A DNA stretch of 43,273 bases, from positions 1-43,273 of the forward strand of contig JAUCBJ010007726.1 in NCBI GenBank assembly GCA_032718475.1. The letters run 5' to 3'. The DNA comes from Nemertoderma westbladi (lineage: Eukaryota > Animalia > Xenacoelomorpha). Shown here piece by piece: positions 36,442 to 43,273 of this stretch (the first letter of the stretch is position 1; the number at the start of each line of letters is the position of its first letter). Below the pieces are notes generated by a model. The model saw only the letters and a program-made list of their open reading frames with translations, did not search any database and was not told the origin of the DNA. The position numbers were made by a program, and so were the translations under genes.

Positions 36442-37876
36442 GAAACTGTTTTCGTTAACCGCGGCATTAGACCCTTTCTACAGTCATTATCCCTGAAGTT
36501 ATAATACCCTATAGACATTTTAGCTAACATGCGGGTATTTTTTACTTAAATGATAACATCAATGTGTATTTATTGATTATTTTTATCCATGTTTACTGCG
36601 TCCAATTTCCTGCAAAGAGAGGATTATTTTATTAAAGGAATTATATTATATCATGACCTGCTATAGATACGATCAAGGCGTCCTTTATTACAGGCCATGC
36701 AGCCGAGATTTGTGCGAAATTAGCGTAGGCTGAAACTTTTACCATAGGCTACATAATAGGTAATAATTCAAAGCTTATTATGGAAGTCAGAAAATGTTTG
36801 TATTTTATAAGATAAAATTTACTCCAGTAAACGATATTTTGTAATTTATTATGTTTATACTAATATTTAGACATTTCAAATGGTTCGAAATGAAATAAAT
36901 ACTTAATAAAAATTTATTTAATTACTATAACCATTAATACCACATGGTGCGGCATTTGTTAATATAGTGACATGACACATTAAAGATTATTGATTAAAAA
37001 TTATTATACACATATTAAAGGACGCCTTGGATACGACCCGCCAAGCTGCTGGAAAGCCCCTAAATTTAGTGGGCCAGTTATTTCTCTTAGATAGAACCCC
37101 TGAAGCAATAGGTCTAGCGCGTCGAAAGTACTTGTCCCTAACTAAAATTATATCCTCTTTCAAATGAGACAAATAAAAATATAATAGCTCCAGTAGATTT
37201 CGAGATATGAGGAGTTCTTGGCACCCATACCATATCAGCACTTTTCAGAATTAATAGAATTACTATAGTAGGTTATGATTATTATACGTTCTAGCTACGA
37301 TTGTCATTATGGGGGTTTTCAGGGTCGGTGATTTCATTTCCGATGTTTGGCAAAATCTAGTCTGTCTGTTTCACAGGAAAAACATTTTATCGGGAAAATA
37401 ATGCGAATTTTATTTTATGGAAACAAGCCATAGTAAACTCCAAAACTAAACATGTTGATCAGTCATAACTTACATATTCGGATTCGCCATTAAATTCTGC
37501 ACAAAAATCCGCCAATATAAGGTTTTGATTTTTTTAACCTATAAAAGGTAAAGCCCCCCAAAAAACGTTGTTGCTTTTTGGACGCATCACGATAATCTTT
37601 AACAAAAAACAAATGACTTGCAACATTTTCATTTCAAATTACAAAGGTGTTTCGGAAACAATGTTACCTACGAGTTAAAGTAAAAACATTAAAGTTTCTT
37701 GAAATGCGGACCTACAGTTTATAAAACAAAATACTAAAGGCACCGACCGACAAGCATATAAAGTGATATTCAAGAGTAGCACAAAGCATAACTACACGTT
37801 TATGAATTCCATTGCATTGAATATTGCTATATCGTTTATTGCAGTAAGTATTGCATAGATGGTGAGACCAAACAAA

Positions 37877-40800
37877 TCAATCCTCAACTAATTTGTATAC
37901 GAATATATTGTGTTTCTCGTAATTGCTGACATATAGATATCCGTTTCCATCGAGGAGTATATCGGATATCCGAGTGGGGGGCGGGACATTCATGGTTAGG
38001 TGAGAGTAGATGCGACCGTTAGGTGGGTCATAGACCATGATCGCGTGCGATTTACTGTCCGCGATGAGACAGGTGTTACCGGAACCGAAACTAACACCGG
38101 TGGGTTCCTTAAACAGAGGTGGACGGCCTCGTCCGCAGGTGGAAGACAACGTGTTGCCATAGAGATCGGTAGTGTAGATCATAGTGGATCCAAGATCGGT
38201 GACCACGACCTGATCCGAAGAGACATCGAGGAAACGGCACTTACTCGCCGGGTTGTGTTCGTCTACCAGCGGTTGGAAGGGTTCCCTAGAAACGCATCGG
38301 CCATCCCAGGTAAACGCGAGGAGCATCTTGTCTTGGGGGTCTAGAGTAACTAAATAGTTGTCCGGGGTGACAGCCAACCCATACGGTCTGCGGAAACCGC
38401 TGAATTTATTGAGGAATCGTCCATCGCGATCGAATACGCGAATATATTTGTCGTCTTTTATGGCGACCTGGTCTGTAAACCGGCTGACCACAGCGGCGCT
38501 AGGGTGTCGGAACTTTGGGTCCTCACCCGATCCGAACGTTCCCCCTAAACAAAACAACCAATCGCATGACTCCACGTCAAAGAGTTGGACCCGATTGTTG
38601 AAATTATCGCAGACAATGAGGGTGTTGGAGCGGGTGAGGGCCAATCCGATCGGGAAGTTGAGGCCATCCTTCACGGATATATCTCCACTGACGCCAATAA
38701 CTTGGGATTGTTTGATAGCTTTTAGTCCCAGAGAGTTCCCTACTAAGTAACTATCCAGATTGAATCGAGTAAGAAATTGAATGGAATCTGATGATTTCTC
38801 CTCAGGATAATTCACGGGAGAATTTTCTTCCCAAAAATCATCATTAGATTTTTCCCCAGAAACTGAGGGCTTTGTAAGAGAATTATTAACCCAAAAATCA
38901 TCATTAGATTTTTCCCCAGAAACTGAGGGCTTTGTAGGAGAATTATTAACCAAAAAATCATCATTAGATTTTTCCCCAGAAACTGAGGGCTTTGTAGGAG
39001 AATTATTAACCCAAAAATCATCATTAGATTTTTCCCCAGAAACTGAGGGCTTTGTAGGAGAATTATTAACCAAAAAATCATCATTAGATTTTTCCCCAGA
39101 AACTGAGGGCTTTGCAGGAGAATTATTAACACAAAAATCAACATTAGATTTATTCTCAGACTTATTCACAGTAGAATGTTCAGAGACCCATACATTTGTA
39201 TAAATTTCCCGTTCTGTAGAATTTCCAATGCCGACGTTATCAATAGTATCTTGTTCGGAATTAGTACAATTAGGTATCCAAAAATTACCAGTAAACTTTT
39301 TATCTTCCAAAATATTTATATCATCTTTATCTTCTGGATGGTATACAGCAGACTCAACAGGAAGTTTCCCACTTACAATTCCATCCTGTCTGACCTTGAC
39401 CTCTGTATAAGTTCCCTGCCGAGTAGAATATAAATGTCCACCATTATCTACAGTCGATTTACTCACCGAACCGAGTATTGCCGCTATACGTAATGTAGAA
39501 TTTGACCTACCCCTCCCCGCTACACTATGGTTAGTAACATCGTTAGACACTTCCACCCCGTAACCAGCTGGTATAGAACTGCTACCGCGATTGCCGCATA
39601 TCTGTCCATTATCAACAAAACTAATGGGGTTGCAATCAGCTAGTGGGGGTCTGTGCTGGGTTGACTCCTTAGTTGCGGACGTTGGAGGAACCTTATTGCG
39701 CAGAGCGGGTTTCCTCAACGGCTGTGGACGTTTGAGGTTGGCGTCCGGGTTGCTAGGGCGATCGGTAGGTAAATATTCTGAGACGCTGAGTGTCACAAGG
39801 GACTGGTGAGGATAGTAGTCGGTTGGTTCTGTAGGGGAGTACGGTCTAATGTAAGAGGGCGAGATGGTATCCGGGATGATAGGAGCGGGAGGGGGTGATT
39901 GTATGTAGGTGGGAGAGAGGGGAGATGGGTAAAGGGGAGCTATGGGAGGCAGATTGTCAGAAGAAATAACGCTTGGTGATGGGGAAAATGGGATAGTGAG
40001 ATTTTCAGAAACGGAGGAACTCTTATTGAGTTGGTAGACTGTGGGGTTCCGATACATAGATCGGGCGGTTGGGGCCTGGATATCAGATATCGGATTCATG
40101 GAGTTTTCATGGAGTCCTACTGGTGTAGCATACGGCGATATGGTGGTCGATGATACACTGGACTCCAGAAGGGGTCGTTTTACGGAATAAATTGCATACG
40201 GACAGGGGGGAATTTTCTCTTCTTTGTAATACACTAACAGCGCGTTAACCCTGTCTGTAATTATATTTTCAGGAACCATGACTACGACGTCGTAGCTTTC
40301 CTTTTCAGGTATACTAAGAATCAAACTCGATTGGGCATTAGGACTCTTCAATATGGCCGTTAGGTGCTTTAAATCTCGTTCGGTTGGATTTCGGGAATTG
40401 CTTTTTATGGTAAAGTATCGGCTGTTATTGGTGCCGGAGGTTTCTTCAATTAGATCAAAATTTGCGGCACTCAGGATTTTGCTTTCAATTGTACCAATAC
40501 TCGCCTTAGTGCTTTCTAAGTCCAAGCTTTCCGGTGTAAAACAAAGATAGAGACATTTTTCCAGATTGAACTTGGGAACATCAGCTTTGACAAGTTTACA
40601 AATGTTATTGACATTGCTACACACCTTCAACATTAACAAATCATCGTCAACCCCATCCAGCATTCTAGTGCCGTGTTTAATAAGATGGGGAATGCAATCA
40701 ATAGATTTCTCGATTACATCTCTAACAACGTGCACATCATTAAGCTTGCTGTCGGTAGACTCTAGCAACTCCGCTACCAGAGCCTTCCCCGCTTCTTGAA

Positions 40801-41338
40801 TCATTTTCACTCGAGTTTTTACCGCATACTCTATGGCACTTTTCACTGAACCAGATTTTTTGTTCACAAAATCCCTGGCAGACATGAGTTTTTCAACATC
40901 CTTTTTCAACTTCATTAAGAAATAATCGAGATCTAAAATGTTTTCATTAACTTTCAACCTAACATCCTTCGCCTGTTGGAGGGTATGGTGGGCCAGAAGA
41001 TGGCGGCCTTCACAGACATTGCACACAATATCGTTGCAATTTACACATAACTTGAAGGCGCCCTTGATACCATTACTGGTATCATCGTGAGAGCATTGGC
41101 GTGACGTGTTGGACTCCAGCGTCAATATCGAGTTGGTGGGGAGACCAATGACTGCCTCCTCATCCATGTCCAATACACACCAACAACCAGGACACCGAAA
41201 CTTTGTATTAACAGAGCACTGCTTCTGGATGCATGTCAGACATGCTGTGTGCAAGCAGTGCAATAAGCGACCGTTATTGGCAATATTTCTACAGACCACG
41301 CAATGGGTGAGTAGGTTGCAGAGAGAGTCAGTTGCCAT
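37877..41338 (-). CDS. TRIM-NHL family protein (RING E3 ligase, B-box, coiled coil, NHL repeats), 1153 aa
   Basis: C3HC4 RING (C13,C16,C28,H30,C33,C36,C49,C52) plus LPTN; B-box CSH...CVNC...CNVC...H...H; coiled coil; NHL repeats (LNFPIGLAL...CDNFNNRVQLFD, FRHPSAAVV, FRRPYGLAVT, FKEPTGVSF). ACCATGG Kozak context; AATAAA at 37840-37835. Confidence 0.92.
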   Translation of the reverse strand: MATDSLCNLLTHCVVCRNIANNGRLLHCLHTACLTCIQKQCSVNTKFRCPGCWCVLDMDEEAVIGLPTNSILTLESNTSRQCSHDDTSNGIKGAFKLCVNCNDIVCNVCEGRHLLAHHTLQQAKDVRLKVNENILDLDYFLMKLKKDVEKLMSARDFVNKKSGSVKSAIEYAVKTRVKMIQEAGKALVAELLESTDSKLNDVHVVRDVIEKSIDCIPHLIKHGTRMLDGVDDDLLMLKVCSNVNNICKLVKADVPKFNLEKCLYLCFTPESLDLESTKASIGTIESKILSAANFDLIEETSGTNNSRYFTIKSNSRNPTERDLKHLTAILKSPNAQSSLILSIPEKESYDVVVMVPENIITDRVNALLVYYKEEKIPPCPYAIYSVKRPLLESSVSSTTISPYATPVGLHENSMNPISDIQAPTARSMYRNPTVYQLNKSSSVSENLTIPFSPSPSVISSDNLPPIAPLYPSPLSPTYIQSPPPAPIIPDTISPSYIRPYSPTEPTDYYPHQSLVTLSVSEYLPTDRPSNPDANLKRPQPLRKPALRNKVPPTSATKESTQHRPPLADCNPISFVDNGQICGNRGSSSIPAGYGVEVSNDVTNHSVAGRGRSNSTLRIAAILGSVSKSTVDNGGHLYSTRQGTYTEVKVRQDGIVSGKLPVESAVYHPEDKDDINILEDKKFTGNFWIPNCTNSEQDTIDNVGIGNSTEREIYTNVWVSEHSTVNKSENKSNVDFCVNNSPAKPSVSGEKSNDDFLVNNSPTKPSVSGEKSNDDFWVNNSPTKPSVSGEKSNDDFLVNNSPTKPSVSGEKSNDDFWVNNSLTKPSVSGEKSNDDFWEENSPVNYPEEKSSDSIQFLTRFNLDSYLVGNSLGLKAIKQSQVIGVSGDISVKDGLNFPIGLALTRSNTLIVCDNFNNRVQLFDVESCDWLFCLGGTFGSGEDPKFRHPSAAVVSRFTDQVAIKDDKYIRVFDRDGRFLNKFSGFRRPYGLAVTPDNYLVTLDPQDKMLLAFTWDGRCVSREPFQPLVDEHNPASKCRFLDVSSDQVVVTDLGSTMIYTTDLYGNTLSSTCGRGRPPLFKEPTGVSFGSGNTCLIADSKSHAIMVYDPPNGRIYSHLTMNVPPPTRISDILLDGNGYLYVSNYEKHNIFVYKLVED
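38817..39151 (-). repeat. 60-bp coding tandem repeat (~5.5 copies; NNSPTKPSVSGEKSNDDF[W/L]V)
   Basis: Exact 60-bp period, in frame with the TRIM-NHL ORF. Confidence 0.95.
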
Positions 41339-41350
41339 GGTAACGGTAGG

Positions 41351-41360
41351 CTAAGAAAAG
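41351..41360 (-). promoter_or_regulatory. Putative 3' splice acceptor of a 5'-UTR intron
   Basis: Minus strand CTTTTCTTAG|CCTACCGTTACC-ATG, i.e. a pyrimidine tract plus AG 12 nt before the start codon. Confidence 0.5.
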
Positions 41361-41469
41361 TGCCGGTGTATGGTGTAAATCATCTAATACTGGTACCGGA
41401 ACTTGCTTGCTGTGCAGCCTATATACTGATATAGGCCCTAATGAATTTTCAACAAAACACACAGCACAC

Positions 41470-42752
41470 TAGTGTTGCAACGGGATCCCGATCCCAAAAA
41501 TCGGGATCCCGATGAAAAATCCCGATCCCGTCCCGATTGCGATGGAAAAATATTGGGATTTTTCGGGAATTGCAATATCTGAGTTTATATGCCTGCAGCT
41601 TAAATGTACAATTTTTGCCAATAACAAAAACAGCAATTTTTTCTCAAAAACAAAAATAATGAATAATAAAGTAAAATAATAGGTATGGGCCTAACGGTTT
41701 TGCATTAACAACGACCGACAGTGCTACAGTAAGCCTACCTTAACTAACATGATTTATAACTGATTTCTGAATCTGAATTTATATATGAGTCATAATTATA
41801 TAAATTCAGGTGACTGTATGAATTTAATTCATGTATTAATTCGTGTATTAATGTATTAAATATTCAACATATATTAAAAAATGAAATATTAATCATTCAA
41901 AGTTTTAAATAGATGAATTTCTATAAATAATAGAAACACTTGTTGTCTTTTTTTAAGATGATAAACATTTTCAAGTGCTGAAGTGGCAGCGAATCAGTCG
42001 TGAATTTCCGGTTTGGCAGTTTGGGGGGCACTGAAACGTTATAAAAAAAACGCATGTGTCATGTCCATGTGTCTGAAACACTCGATACGCAATAGGCCTA
42101 ACTATGTTACATTCGATCCTGATTCTGTGATTACGTTCGGTTATGTATCCATCCCCAGAATACCAGAATACTGCAGTACTGGTCTGCTGGTGAACCAGTA
42201 CAATAAATACGAGTTGACAGTAGGAGTAGTAAAACTACAGTTGTTAACAAATTCAGTGCCCCCGACGCCCGAACTGAAACCAGAAAGAGCCAATCAGTCA
42301 GATTCAGATATATTAAAAATGTTGCAGAAATTGTATTAAACAGTTAAAAACGTACGGTATGTGAAATGAAATACGTACGTACAGACAGACGTGCAAATTG
42401 ACGTGCAGACGTGCAAACTGACGTGCAGACGTACGTGTAAACTACGTCTGTGAATCATTTGAAAAAAATCAGAGGACATTTTTACATCATATCAGCATAT
42501 CTAGGCATTTTTTAGTAGGCCTACCGGTACATGAGATTTATCGAAAGTTTATTTTGCTCATATAACTGTATAAAGAAGGCAGGGTATAGGCCTATTTTAA
42601 GTAGGCCTATTCCATATTCGAATAGCTGAATAGTATCGAATATTTTGTAGCTATTTTAAGTTTTGGATGAGTAATGGCTGAACGGCCGCAATAAAATTAA
42701 AATCCCGATCCCTGATCCCGACAGTTGTAATCCCGATCCCGTTGCAACACTA
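41470..42752. mobile_element. Non-autonomous TIR DNA transposon (hAT-like)
   Basis: Perfect 18-bp TIRs TAGTGTTGCAACGGGATC / GATCCCGTTGCAACACTA and clustered ATCCCG subterminal repeats at both ends. The flanking 8-mers do not match, so no hAT TSD was seen. Confidence 0.7.
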
Positions 42753-43273
42753 CTACCGGACTGCCGACTGGTACACACTGCCTACAGGAAACTACTGAAG
42801 TACAGTCGGGAGTCGGCAGGGTACTACTGCTGTACTGTACCGTACCGTACTGTCTGACTCCTGACTGTGACTGGGACTGGTACTTAGATCGTGGTTTTCA
42901 GCTTTTCCAAGTAGTGTCTACATCATTGTCCAGAACTCCAGAATAGGGGGTTTCCCTTCACTTCTATGGGCTGATGGGGGCTTTCTATTATTCATACCTG
43001 TCCCAAATACGTTGTGTAATGATTTCCAACCTGTCCCATATAGGGACATTCAATCAAATCATCATATGAGCCAACTCATCTTCATCGGACCATTACCAAC
43101 ATTCCTAAAGTTACGCATTCTCCCTTATTGGCTATATAATGTAAAGAGTAATGGAAAATTCCACTGGTACAGTATATTCAGATATAATCCAAGTGTCAAC
43201 AACGAATCTGGGGCTCATTTAAACAACCTATACTGGACAGAACAACCTATTTGAGACTAGCCGGCTAATGCCT

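Larger units (their letters stand above)
36200..36505. mobile_element. Long palindrome, probably inverted Penelope-like (PLE) pLTR remnants
   Basis: 148-bp arms at 36200-36347 and 36358-36505, 2 mismatches, 10-bp spacer. Each arm has a PLE-type hammerhead motif. Confidence 0.75.

Noticed and set aside
38000-41354. Plus-strand and alternate-frame ORFs overlapping the TRIM-NHL gene
   Set aside because: Shadow ORFs with no recognisable motifs.
42880-43273. Coding-like sequence at the right edge
   Set aside because: No recognisable domain and stops in the candidate frames. It is truncated by the window end.

Overview
Eukaryotic (very likely invertebrate animal) repeat-rich genomic DNA; there is no prokaryotic operon or CRISPR structure. 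One intact gene is present: a TRIM-NHL (RING/B-box/coiled-coil/NHL) protein with an uninterrupted CDS on the minus strand (37877-41338) carrying a 20-aa tandem repeat. The rest is layered mobile DNA: two decayed CR1-group LINEs; a tRNA-derived SINE; non-autonomous DNA transposons (a MULE-like one with a 9-bp TSD, a CMC/EnSpm-like one, a hAT-like one); two Helitron-like copies carrying ~146-bp subrepeats with CTCF-like motifs and bracketing a CYP2-clan P450 fragment; a ~9.4-kb 42-bp satellite split by an RTE LINE (13-bp TSD) that is itself split by a second LINE; and a 306-bp palindrome carrying a Penelope-type minimal hammerhead ribozyme on each strand. The best candidates for something new are the outward-facing hammerhead palindrome, the nucleosome-period CTCF-motif arrays in the Helitron, and an unexplained minus-strand hairpin cluster near 1.2-1.5 kb. 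All calls are by eye, with no database searches.
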